From an uncultured bacterium (GTDB lineage: Bacteria > Cyanobacteriota > Cyanobacteriia > PCC-6307 > Cyanobiaceae), in contig CAYGQY010000002.1 of assembly GCA_964352195.1 (NCBI GenBank), forward strand, positions 1 through 24,722: DNA of 24,722 nt, in the 5' to 3' direction. Position 1 is the stretch's first letter. Each line of letters begins with the position of its first letter. Shown piece by piece: positions 8,167-16,780 of the stretch. The notes beneath the pieces are model-generated. The model searched no databases. It was not told where the DNA came from and saw only the letters and a program-made list of their open reading frames with translations. The translations under genes and the position numbers were made by a program.

Positions 8167-8646
8167 ATGCACGTCACCGGTTGGCGGCGCCACCTGTTGT
8201 TCGCCTGCGAGATCTACCTCGCGATCCTGAGCGAAGTGGCAGAGCCAATCTGAGTGCATGGTGGAGTGTCGTCTGTGCAGAAGGGACTGGCTCAGGTCTG
8301 CGCTTCATCTCCGTTCCGGCTTTGGCGGTATGGGGGAGCACCGGCGTCCGCTGCGGCCGTCGCCAGATTGGTGACGGTGTGCTTGTTCTGATCACCGTCA
8401 CTCATCAAGCTCGCCACCAGTTCACTCCCGCGGAAGTGGATGTCCTCACCGAGGCGGCCCTGCGCCTGGCGGAACTCGTTGCGGACATGGAGACGCTGGA
8501 GGGCGAGGAGTCCGTACGGCTCGATCGGATCGCTCCGCCCTAGGGGCCGGCCGCCCGAAACCTGCTCGACTACCTGGCCCTGCGCCGGGTGCGTCGGGGT
8601 CGGACTGGCCCAGCTGGATGACCAGCTTTTTCCCGCCGCTCCTCTC
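8167..8646 (+). pseudogene. Degraded gene: GAF-like segment followed by a segment resembling the N-terminal extension of long-form pyruvate kinases, cut by IS3
   Basis: ACEIYL followed by a frameshift into RDPERSG...; then GVLVLITVTHQARHQFTPAEVDVLTEAALRLAELV. Reading through TAG 8541-8543 gives DMETLEGEESVRLDRIAPP*GPAARNLLDYLALRR, which recalls the 'ARNLLHYLALR' motif. Confidence 0.45.
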
Positions 8647-8890
8647 TGAGGTGGTCTGGCTTTTCTGGACAGGCCCCATCGTTAACCTCTGAGACGGGGC
8701 ACCGCCCCTGACCAGGGGCTCCCATCGATGAGCAAGCGACGCACCCACAGTCCCGAGTTCAAGGCCAGGGTCGCCATGGAGGCGATCAGTGGCCGCAAGA
8801 CGATCCAGGAGATCGCCGCTGATCACGCGATCCACCCGATCCAGGTGAGCCAGTGGAAGAAGCAGATGCATGATGGCGCAAGCGAGCTGT
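8647..8890 (+). mobile_element. IS3-family remnant C: left end plus OrfA N-terminus
   Basis: The end TGAGGTGGTCTGGCTTTTCTGGACAGG starts at 8647. From 8728 it reads MSKRRTHSPEFKARVAMEAISGRKTIQEIAADHAIHPIQVSQWKKQ..DGASEL (HTH_Tnp_1 type), then turns into unrelated sequence. Confidence 0.88.
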
Positions 8891-8891
8891 A

Positions 8892-9101
8892 CAACTTCTC
8901 GACGACGTTGGTCGACCGCCTGAAATCGACGGCAATGGCATGCAGAGCAATAGCAAGGCTGCTGCTGCTGCTGCTGAGGTCCTGGCTGACCAGCGCAAAA
9001 ATCTTCGTTTTCAAGGCCCTGCAGATGGACACAGCGGCGGGCTCGCTCGGACGCCCAGGAACAACGCCATTGACTGGAAGAGACGTCTCGAAATCGTCTG
9101 A
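8892..9101 (+). pseudogene. Orphan C-terminal coding fragment of unknown gene, with a (GCT)6 poly-Ala tract
   Basis: A start-less open frame QLLDDVGRPPEIDGNGMQSNSKAAAAAAEVLADQRKNLRFQG...IDWKRRLEIV* begins at the IS break point. (GCT)6 lies at 8958-8975. Confidence 0.35.
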
Positions 9102-9369
9102 AGCCTGAAAAAAGATCTGGCCGGTCGCTTCAACCTGATGGCCCGTATGTGCCAGATCAGGCTTGGGCGTGGAGTGATCAATTGGGTCGATTTAGCTTAA
9201 CATTTAAACAAGCTGAAATGGGACTAGCGCCACTGATTTATGCGCCAGCACCATGAATACATCCAAATTCACGCCGATAACTGGATCACGCGTGCAGCAC
9301 GCATGCAACTATCTCCAAAACCCTCAGACTCGCACTCGGAAACCACTCTTTGCTTGCTAGATAGGTCCC

Positions 9370-9686
9370 ATGTTCGTTACCCCCATGGCCCACTCGACCA
9401 CCCCACCGCCTGCGGACATCCAGCAGCAGCTCTGCGCCATCAACGACGTGCTGCGCCGGATCCAGGCCCAGTTGGAATTTAAGCCCAGCAAGCCCTCAGT
9501 CCCTGGCTGCCCCTCACGGATGCTGCCAAGGCCCTCCACTTCAAGAGGAGCAGGGCGCTGCGGGCCGCCATCGTCCGCGGCCGCATCCCGCCTCAGTTCG
9601 TCAGAGCGACCCTGGGAGAGACCGGCAAGCGACGCACCCTTTACGTGGACGTGAAGGGCTTTGCCTCTCATCTACACCACCAGTGA
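9370..9686 (+). pseudogene. Excisionase/RDF-like winged-HTH gene split by a -1 frameshift, convergent with the integrase
   Basis: The frame from 9370 (…DIQQQLCAINDVLRRIQAQLEFKPSKP) needs a -1 shift at about 9483-9500 to join SPWLPLTDAAKALHFKRSRALRAAIVRGRIPPQFVRATLGETGKRRTLYVDVKGFASHLHHQ* (stop 9684-9686). It overlaps the integrase 3' end by 15 nt. Confidence 0.65.
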
Positions 9687-10772
9687 CGCCATCGAGGCGG
9701 AATCGAACCAGCACTGATACAGGGTGGTGTGCACCGTCAGCGAGTGCCCCAGGCTCTTGGCGGCCAGTGATGGGCTGATCTGCGGGTGATGAATCGCCCT
9801 CACCGCCCAGGCATGGCGCAGGTCGTAGGCGCGAAACGGCGCATCGAAGCGACGCAGAGCCACACCCAGCTGAGCACCGACGGTGCGGTGATCCCGATCA
9901 AGGTTGATGCGAGGCAGGCGCTTGTTCAGCAGCGACCAGCGCTCGACCCAGGCTTTGGGCAGCGGCAGCCCCTGCCGAGCACCCGTTTTCCCTCCACCGA
10001 CCGCCACCAGACCGTTGGCCTGAACCTCCGCCATCAGCAGCGCCTCGTGGGGCCGGGTCCCGTAGGTCGCACAGACACCCGCCACCCACTGCCAGTCCAA
10101 AGGCAACCCATCGATCACCTCGACGATCACCGCATCACTGGGCAGATCCCTCGGTGCCGCGTCCTTCTGAGGGCTGTAGCCCTTGCCCAGGTCCTTGAGC
10201 TGCTGAACAGCCTGGGGTTCGAGATCCAATGCCCTGGCTACCGCCACCGCAGCGATCGAGGCGCGGCGCCTGCTGCGTGAACCGAGTTCCTTGCTCTCCA
10301 CCAGTGCTTTCAACACCCGTAGATCAACGGCCGGAAGATCCAGCAACGGCTTGAGGGGGGCTGCGTAGTCGGTGATCCATGTCACAGCCTCACTGCCTCC
10401 TCGTTTTCGCTGCTTGCGCCACCAGATCTCAGTGCGGCGAAGAGCCTCAGTGCCACTAACCCCTGGACACGATTCCCCTCCTGCCTGACTGTTTCCCCCA
10501 AGCCACTGCTCGTGCGGGAAAGGCTGTAACCCCATCCGATGCAGCTGTAGGTCCCGTCCCAGCTTCTCGGCCAGCTTTCTGGCCTGATCGATTCCAGCTG
10601 GGTAAGGCAGGGGCGTCGAAATGCGCTGACGTTTCCAACTGCCGTCAGCGCAGGGGAGCGTGCCCCTCAGCCGCAGTCTCTGACCAGAAGGCACGACCTC
10701 AAGAGAGACCGGACAGCCCAGATCCCTCAGAGCCCAGTTGATGCGTCCGAGATAGGGGTCTTTGAAAGGCAC
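9672..10772 (-). CDS. Tyrosine recombinase / site-specific integrase (about 366 aa), apparently intact
   Basis: Catalytic set YGTRPHE (R), KTGAR (K), YDLRHAWA (xxxRH), LGHS (H) and HTTLYQCW (Y). It lies directly downstream of a tRNA 3' end. The likely start is GTG at 10772 (the track's 10856 start runs through the repeat cluster). Confidence 0.93.
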   Translation of the reverse strand: MPFKDPYLGRINWALRDLGCPVSLEVVPSGQRLRLRGTLPCADGSWKRQRISTPLPYPAGIDQARKLAEKLGRDLQLHRMGLQPFPHEQWLGGNSQAGGESCPGVSGTEALRRTEIWWRKQRKRGGSEAVTWITDYAAPLKPLLDLPAVDLRVLKALVESKELGSRSRRRASIAAVAVARALDLEPQAVQQLKDLGKGYSPQKDAAPRDLPSDAVIVEVIDGLPLDWQWVAGVCATYGTRPHEALLMAEVQANGLVAVGGGKTGARQGLPLPKAWVERWSLLNKRLPRINLDRDHRTVGAQLGVALRRFDAPFRAYDLRHAWAVRAIHHPQISPSLAAKSLGHSLTVHTTLYQCWFDSASMASLVV

Positions 10773-10776
10773 GGGA

Positions 10777-10840
10777 CCGTGACCGAAACCGTGACCACTC
10801 TGGTCGCAAATGGGCTTTTTCGTGACCAGATCGTGACCAG
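10777..10840. repeat. Cluster of CGTGACC repeats between integrase start and tRNA, candidate integrase arm-type sites
   Basis: CGTGACC occurs at 10778, 10790, 10821 and 10832 (two pairs with 12- and 11-bp periods), plus an inverted near-copy TGGTCGC at 10801-10807. Confidence 0.7.
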
Positions 10841-10904
10841 TGGGCCAAAAGACCAAAAATCACTGGATCCAGCTGATGGACTGTGCTGCAATGGATCTGG
10901 TCGA

Positions 10905-10988
10905 TGGGGGCAGGGGGACTTGAACCCCCACAACGTCGCCGTCTGCGGATTTTAAGTCCGCTGCGTCTACCGATTCCGCCATGCCCCC
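10905..10988 (-). tRNA. trnL: tRNA-Leu(UAA), intronless, CCA not encoded
   Basis: Acceptor stem GGGGGCA/TGCCCCC+A, D arm GGCGGAATCGGTAGACGC, anticodon arm GCGGA-CTTAAAA-TCCGC, long variable arm, T arm GGGGG-TTCAAGT-CCCCC. Confidence 0.97.
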
Positions 10989-11030
10989 AGCCGGTTGATC
11001 CTAGATTCAGGATTCGTCGCCTTCAGAGCC

Positions 11031-11279
11031 GTGCCGCTGTCTGGGTTGCTGCACTCCCTCAGCCCGGAGACCCTGCTGGTCCTGGGTGCCTACCTGGCCC
11101 TGGCGGGCACCTATCTGGTGGTGGTGCCGCTGGCGCTCTACGGGTGGATGCATCGCCGCTGGACCGTGATGGGGAAAATCGAGCGCACGGCGGTCTACGG
11201 CCTGGTCTTTTTGTTCTTCCCGGGCCTGATTCTGTTCGCGCCCTTCCTCAACCTGCGCATGGCCGGCCAGGGCGAATGA
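11031..11279 (+). CDS. ndhL: NAD(P)H-quinone oxidoreductase (NDH-1) subunit L
   Basis: [47 protein letters not shown] and cyanobacterial ndhL-DUF3007-trpA synteny. Probable GTG start at 11031. Confidence 0.93.
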   Translation: MPLSGLLHSLSPETLLVLGAYLALAGTYLVVVPLALYGWMHRRWTVMGKIERTAVYGLVFLFFPGLILFAPFLNLRMAGQGE

Positions 11280-11611
11280 CACGGGGCCAGTCGCTGCTGC
11301 TGGGGCTCGGGATCTTCGCGGCCGGGGGGATCGCCTACGGGATCTTCCGGGCGGCGGGCCTGGAAGGGTTCTCGCCCGGCATCGCGGCCGAAGCCGTGCT
11401 GATTCTTGCGGTGCTCGGGTGGACGGGCAGCTACCTCGCCCGGGTGATCACCGGTCGGATGACCTTCATGGAACAGCGCCGGCGCTACCGCTCCGCCTTC
11501 GACGCCCTCACCGCCGAGCAGCTCCAGAAGGAATTCGACGCGCTCAGTCCGGCCGAGCAGGAGCAACTGCTTCGGGAGGTGGGGCAGCTCAAGGACGACG
11601 TCACGATGTGA
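11276..11611 (+). CDS. DUF3007-family cyanobacterial membrane protein (111 aa)
   Basis: The start overlaps the ndhL stop (ATGA). [12 protein letters not shown]...[24 protein letters not shown]...[17 protein letters not shown]. Confidence 0.9.
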   Translation: MTRGQSLLLGLGIFAAGGIAYGIFRAAGLEGFSPGIAAEAVLILAVLGWTGSYLARVITGRMTFMEQRRRYRSAFDALTAEQLQKEFDALSPAEQEQLLREVGQLKDDVTM

Positions 11612-11679
11612 GCCCGGCGCTGATGAGCCCGGCGCCGGTTGGCCCCTAGGCTCAGCCCACACCCCCGTCCACCGGCCCG

Positions 11680-12361
11680 ATGAGCGCCGTACCCGCCAGC
11701 CTCAGCACCAGCTGGATCGCCCGCCGCTTCGATGCCCTGCGGCAACGCCGGCGCTGCGCCGTGATGCCCTTCCTGATGGCGGGGGATCCCGATCTCACCA
11801 CCACCCGGGCCACCCTGCTGGCCCTGGAAACGGCCGGCGCCGACCTGATCGAACTAGGCATTCCTTACAGCGACCCCCTGGCCGATGGCCCGGTGATCCA
11901 GGCGGCGGCCGGACGCGCCCTGGCCGCGGGCACCACGCCCTCCCGGGTGCTGGACCTGCTGGAGGGCCTCCAGGGCGAGCTGAACACCCCCGTGGTGCTG
12001 TTCACCTACGCCAATCCACTGCTCAACCGCGGCCTGGAGGCGTTCTGCCGCGACGCGGCTGCCGCCGGGGCCGCCGGTCTGGTGGTGCCGGATCTGCCCC
12101 TGGAGGAGGCGGAACGCCTCGCCCCGATCGCCGCCGACCGGGGTCTGGATCTGGTGCTGCTGGTGGCACCTACCACGCCACCCGAGCGGATGGCGCGCAT
12201 CGTGGCGGCCAGCCGGGGCTTCACCTATCTGGTCAGCGTCACCGGGGTGACCGGGGCACGCCGCGAACTGGAATCACGGGTGGGAGCACTGGTGCGGCAG
12301 ATCAAGGCGCTCGGACCGACGCCCGTGGCGGTGGGGTTCGGCATCTCCGGAGCCGGGCAGG
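11680..12361 (+). CDS. trpA: Tryptophan synthase alpha chain, 3'-truncated by the palindrome centre (about 227 native codons)
   Basis: [36 protein letters not shown] and VAVGFGIS are present. After GAGQA the ORF continues into antisense trpA. Confidence 0.96.
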
Positions 12362-13043
12362 CCTGCCCGGCTCCGGAGATGCCGAACCCCACCGCCACGG
12401 GCGTCGGTCCGAGCGCCTTGATCTGCCGCACCAGTGCTCCCACCCGTGATTCCAGTTCGCGGCGTGCCCCGGTCACCCCGGTGACGCTGACCAGATAGGT
12501 GAAGCCCCGGCTGGCCGCCACGATGCGCGCCATCCGCTCGGGTGGCGTGGTAGGTGCCACCAGCAGCACCAGATCCAGACCCCGGTCGGCGGCGATCGGG
12601 GCGAGGCGTTCCGCCTCCTCCAGGGGCAGATCCGGCACCACCAGACCGGCGGCCCCGGCGGCAGCCGCGTCGCGGCAGAACGCCTCCAGGCCGCGGTTGA
12701 GCAGTGGATTGGCGTAGGTGAACAGCACCACGGGGGTGTTCAGCTCGCCCTGGAGGCCCTCCAGCAGGTCCAGCACCCGGGAGGGCGTGGTGCCCGCGGC
12801 CAGGGCGCGTCCGGCCGCCGCCTGGATCACCGGGCCATCGGCCAGGGGGTCGCTGTAAGGAATGCCTAGTTCGATCAGGTCGGCGCCGGCCGTTTCCAGG
12901 GCCAGCAGGGTGGCCCGGGTGGTGGTGAGATCGGGATCCCCCGCCATCAGGAAGGGCATCACGGCGCAGCGCCGGCGTTGCCGCAGGGCATCGAAGCGGC
13001 GGGCGATCCAGCTGGTGCTGAGGCTGGCGGGTACGGCGCTCAT
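12362..13043 (-). CDS. trpA: Mirror copy of truncated trpA
   Basis: Reverse complement of 11680-12361. Confidence 0.95.
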
Positions 13044-13111
13044 CGGGCCGGTGGACGGGGGTGTGGGCTGAGCCTAGGGGCCAACCGGCGCCGGGCTCAT
13101 CAGCGCCGGGC

Positions 13112-13447
13112 TCACATCGTGACGTCGTCCTTGAGCTGCCCCACCTCCCGAAGCAGTTGCTCCTGCTCGGCCGGACTGAGCGCGTCGAATTCCTTCTGGA
13201 GCTGCTCGGCGGTGAGGGCGTCGAAGGCGGAGCGGTAGCGCCGGCGCTGTTCCATGAAGGTCATCCGACCGGTGATCACCCGGGCGAGGTAGCTGCCCGT
13301 CCACCCGAGCACCGCAAGAATCAGCACGGCTTCGGCCGCGATGCCGGGCGAGAACCCTTCCAGGCCCGCCGCCCGGAAGATCCCGTAGGCGATCCCCCCG
13401 GCCGCGAAGATCCCGAGCCCCAGCAGCAGCGACTGGCCCCGTGTCAT
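13112..13447 (-). CDS. Mirror copy of DUF3007 protein
   Basis: Reverse complement of 11276-11611. Confidence 0.9.
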   Translation of the reverse strand: MTRGQSLLLGLGIFAAGGIAYGIFRAAGLEGFSPGIAAEAVLILAVLGWTGSYLARVITGRMTFMEQRRRYRSAFDALTAEQLQKEFDALSPAEQEQLLREVGQLKDDVTM

Positions 13448-13692
13448 TCGCCCTGGCCGGCCATGCGCAGGTTGAGGAAGGGCGCGAACAGAATCAGGCC
13501 CGGGAAGAACAAAAAGACCAGGCCGTAGACCGCCGTGCGCTCGATTTTCCCCATCACGGTCCAGCGGCGATGCATCCACCCGTAGAGCGCCAGCGGCACC
13601 ACCACCAGATAGGTGCCCGCCAGGGCCAGGTAGGCACCCAGGACCAGCAGGGTCTCCGGGCTGAGGGAGTGCAGCAACCCAGACAGCGGCAC
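13444..13692 (-). CDS. ndhL: Mirror copy of ndhL
   Basis: Reverse complement of 11031-11279. Confidence 0.92.
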   Translation of the reverse strand: MPLSGLLHSLSPETLLVLGAYLALAGTYLVVVPLALYGWMHRRWTVMGKIERTAVYGLVFLFFPGLILFAPFLNLRMAGQGE

Positions 13693-13734
13693 GGCTCTGA
13701 AGGCGACGAATCCTGAATCTAGGATCAACCGGCT

Positions 13735-13818
13735 GGGGGCATGGCGGAATCGGTAGACGCAGCGGACTTAAAATCCGCAGACGGCGACGTTGTGGGGGTT
13801 CAAGTCCCCCTGCCCCCA
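13735..13818 (+). tRNA. trnL: Mirror copy of tRNA-Leu(UAA)
   Basis: Reverse complement of 10905-10988. Confidence 0.96.
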
Positions 13819-13882
13819 TCGACCAGATCCATTGCAGCACAGTCCATCAGCTGGATCCAGTGATTTTTGGTCTTTTGGCCCA

Positions 13883-13946
13883 CTGGTCACGATCTGGTCA
13901 CGAAAAAGCCCATTTGCGACCAGAGTGGTCACGGTTTCGGTCACGG
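13883..13946. repeat. Mirror copy of GGTCACG repeat cluster
   Basis: Reverse complement of 10777-10840. Confidence 0.7.
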
Positions 13947-13950
13947 TCCC

Positions 13951-15051
13951 GTGCCTTTCAAAGACCCCTATCTCGGACGCATCAACTGGGCTCTGAGGGA
14001 TCTGGGCTGTCCGGTCTCTCTTGAGGTCGTGCCTTCTGGTCAGAGACTGCGGCTGAGGGGCACGCTCCCCTGCGCTGACGGCAGTTGGAAACGTCAGCGC
14101 ATTTCGACGCCCCTGCCTTACCCAGCTGGAATCGATCAGGCCAGAAAGCTGGCCGAGAAGCTGGGACGGGACCTACAGCTGCATCGGATGGGGTTACAGC
14201 CTTTCCCGCACGAGCAGTGGCTTGGGGGAAACAGTCAGGCAGGAGGGGAATCGTGTCCAGGGGTTAGTGGCACTGAGGCTCTTCGCCGCACTGAGATCTG
14301 GTGGCGCAAGCAGCGAAAACGAGGAGGCAGTGAGGCTGTGACATGGATCACCGACTACGCAGCCCCCCTCAAGCCGTTGCTGGATCTTCCGGCCGTTGAT
14401 CTACGGGTGTTGAAAGCACTGGTGGAGAGCAAGGAACTCGGTTCACGCAGCAGGCGCCGCGCCTCGATCGCTGCGGTGGCGGTAGCCAGGGCATTGGATC
14501 TCGAACCCCAGGCTGTTCAGCAGCTCAAGGACCTGGGCAAGGGCTACAGCCCTCAGAAGGACGCGGCACCGAGGGATCTGCCCAGTGATGCGGTGATCGT
14601 CGAGGTGATCGATGGGTTGCCTTTGGACTGGCAGTGGGTGGCGGGTGTCTGTGCGACCTACGGGACCCGGCCCCACGAGGCGCTGCTGATGGCGGAGGTT
14701 CAGGCCAACGGTCTGGTGGCGGTCGGTGGAGGGAAAACGGGTGCTCGGCAGGGGCTGCCGCTGCCCAAAGCCTGGGTCGAGCGCTGGTCGCTGCTGAACA
14801 AGCGCCTGCCTCGCATCAACCTTGATCGGGATCACCGCACCGTCGGTGCTCAGCTGGGTGTGGCTCTGCGTCGCTTCGATGCGCCGTTTCGCGCCTACGA
14901 CCTGCGCCATGCCTGGGCGGTGAGGGCGATTCATCACCCGCAGATCAGCCCATCACTGGCCGCCAAGAGCCTGGGGCACTCGCTGACGGTGCACACCACC
15001 CTGTATCAGTGCTGGTTCGATTCCGCCTCGATGGCGTCACTGGTGGTGTAG
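13951..15051 (+). CDS. Mirror copy of tyrosine integrase
   Basis: Reverse complement of 9672-10772. Confidence 0.92.
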   Translation: MPFKDPYLGRINWALRDLGCPVSLEVVPSGQRLRLRGTLPCADGSWKRQRISTPLPYPAGIDQARKLAEKLGRDLQLHRMGLQPFPHEQWLGGNSQAGGESCPGVSGTEALRRTEIWWRKQRKRGGSEAVTWITDYAAPLKPLLDLPAVDLRVLKALVESKELGSRSRRRASIAAVAVARALDLEPQAVQQLKDLGKGYSPQKDAAPRDLPSDAVIVEVIDGLPLDWQWVAGVCATYGTRPHEALLMAEVQANGLVAVGGGKTGARQGLPLPKAWVERWSLLNKRLPRINLDRDHRTVGAQLGVALRRFDAPFRAYDLRHAWAVRAIHHPQISPSLAAKSLGHSLTVHTTLYQCWFDSASMASLVV

Positions 15052-15353
15052 ATGAGAGGCAAAGCCCTTCACGTCCACGTAAAGGGTGCGTCGCTTGCCG
15101 GTCTCTCCCAGGGTCGCTCTGACGAACTGAGGCGGGATGCGGCCGCGGACGATGGCGGCCCGCAGCGCCCTGCTCCTCTTGAAGTGGAGGGCCTTGGCAG
15201 CATCCGTGAGGGGCAGCCAGGGACTGAGGGCTTGCTGGGCTTAAATTCCAACTGGGCCTGGATCCGGCGCAGCACGTCGTTGATGGCGCAGAGCTGCTGC
15301 TGGATGTCCGCAGGCGGTGGGGTGGTCGAGTGGGCCATGGGGGTAACGAACAT
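15037..15353 (-). pseudogene. Mirror copy of frameshifted excisionase-like gene
   Basis: Reverse complement of 9370-9686. Confidence 0.62.
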
Positions 15354-15832
15354 GGGACCTATCTAGCAAGCAAAGAGTGGTTTCCGAGTGCGAGTCTGAG
15401 GGTTTTGGAGATAGTTGCATGCGTGCTGCACGCGTGATCCAGTTATCGGCGTGAATTTGGATGTATTCATGGTGCTGGCGCATAAATCAGTGGCGCTAGT
15501 CCCATTTCAGCTTGTTTAAATGTTAAGCTAAATCGACCCAATTGATCACTCCACGCCCAAGCCTGATCTGGCACATACGGGCCATCAGGTTGAAGCGACC
15601 GGCCAGATCTTTTTTCAGGCTTCAGACGATTTCGAGACGTCTCTTCCAGTCAATGGCGTTGTTCCTGGGCGTCCGAGCGAGCCCGCCGCTGTGTCCATCT
15701 GCAGGGCCTTGAAAACGAAGATTTTTGCGCTGGTCAGCCAGGACCTCAGCAGCAGCAGCAGCAGCCTTGCTATTGCTCTGCATGCCATTGCCGTCGATTT
15801 CAGGCGGTCGACCAACGTCGTCGAGAAGTTGT

Positions 15833-16076
15833 ACAGCTCGCTTGCGCCATCATGCATCTGCTTCTTCCACTGGCTCACCTGGATCGGGTGGATCGCGTGA
15901 TCAGCGGCGATCTCCTGGATCGTCTTGCGGCCACTGATCGCCTCCATGGCGACCCTGGCCTTGAACTCGGGACTGTGGGTGCGTCGCTTGCTCATCGATG
16001 GGAGCCCCTGGTCAGGGGCGGTGCCCCGTCTCAGAGGTTAACGATGGGGCCTGTCCAGAAAAGCCAGACCACCTCA
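15833..16076 (-). mobile_element. Mirror copy of IS3 remnant C
   Basis: Reverse complement of 8647-8890. Confidence 0.87.
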
Positions 16077-16556
16077 GAGAGGAGCGGCGGGAAAAAGCTG
16101 GTCATCCAGCTGGGCCAGTCCGACCCCGACGCACCCGGCGCAGGGCCAGGTAGTCGAGCAGGTTTCGGGCGGCCGGCCCCTAGGGCGGAGCGATCCGATC
16201 GAGCCGTACGGACTCCTCGCCCTCCAGCGTCTCCATGTCCGCAACGAGTTCCGCCAGGCGCAGGGCCGCCTCGGTGAGGACATCCACTTCCGCGGGAGTG
16301 AACTGGTGGCGAGCTTGATGAGTGACGGTGATCAGAACAAGCACACCGTCACCAATCTGGCGACGGCCGCAGCGGACGCCGGTGCTCCCCCATACCGCCA
16401 AAGCCGGAACGGAGATGAAGCGCAGACCTGAGCCAGTCCCTTCTGCACAGACGACACTCCACCATGCACTCAGATTGGCTCTGCCACTTCGCTCAGGATC
16501 GCGAGGTAGATCTCGCAGGCGAACAACAGGTGGCGCCGCCAACCGGTGACGTGCAT
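16077..16556 (-). pseudogene. Mirror copy of GAF/pyruvate-kinase-like remnant
   Basis: Reverse complement of 8167-8646. Confidence 0.43.
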
Positions 16557-16780
16557 CTCAATGACTGGTGCGCGAACAGCAGATCCAGTCTGCTGTTGAC
16601 TGCAGAATGGATTCAGAAGTAATCATAACTATTCGAGAGATGCTGACTTGGTCTTTCATTGGGAAGAAGCAAAAGGGTAGTGTGTTAAGTGATGCTTCCA
16701 TTCAGCAGATGTTGTCTGTCCCTTAACCTCAGCAGTCCAGCTGGTGGTCAGGTTGAAGGGAACATGCCCTCCAGAAATCC

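Noticed and set aside
8728-9108. 126-aa ORF with poly-Leu as a membrane-anchored transposase fusion
   Set aside because: It is a chance read-through from truncated IS3 OrfA into unrelated DNA. The poly-Leu is the (GCT)6 tract read off-frame.
10777-10840. Repeat cluster as a CRISPR array or plasmid iterons
   Set aside because: The repeats are only 7-9 bp with 4-5 bp gaps, and no cas or rep gene is present.
10773-10856. N-terminal extension of the integrase with repeated GH(D/G) motifs
   Set aside because: It is just the translation of the DNA repeat cluster and starts at a TTG, so it is better read as non-coding binding sites.
10883-11611. 242-aa ORF spanning the tRNA and ndhL
   Set aside because: Only 11276-11611 is the real DUF3007 gene. 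The upstream part is antisense tRNA and off-frame ndhL.
12340-12383. Palindrome centre as a protelomerase (hairpin telomere) site processed by the nearby tyrosine recombinase
   Set aside because: The centre is GC-rich trpA coding sequence, not a dedicated target site. The recombinase has ordinary tRNA-integrase context and size.
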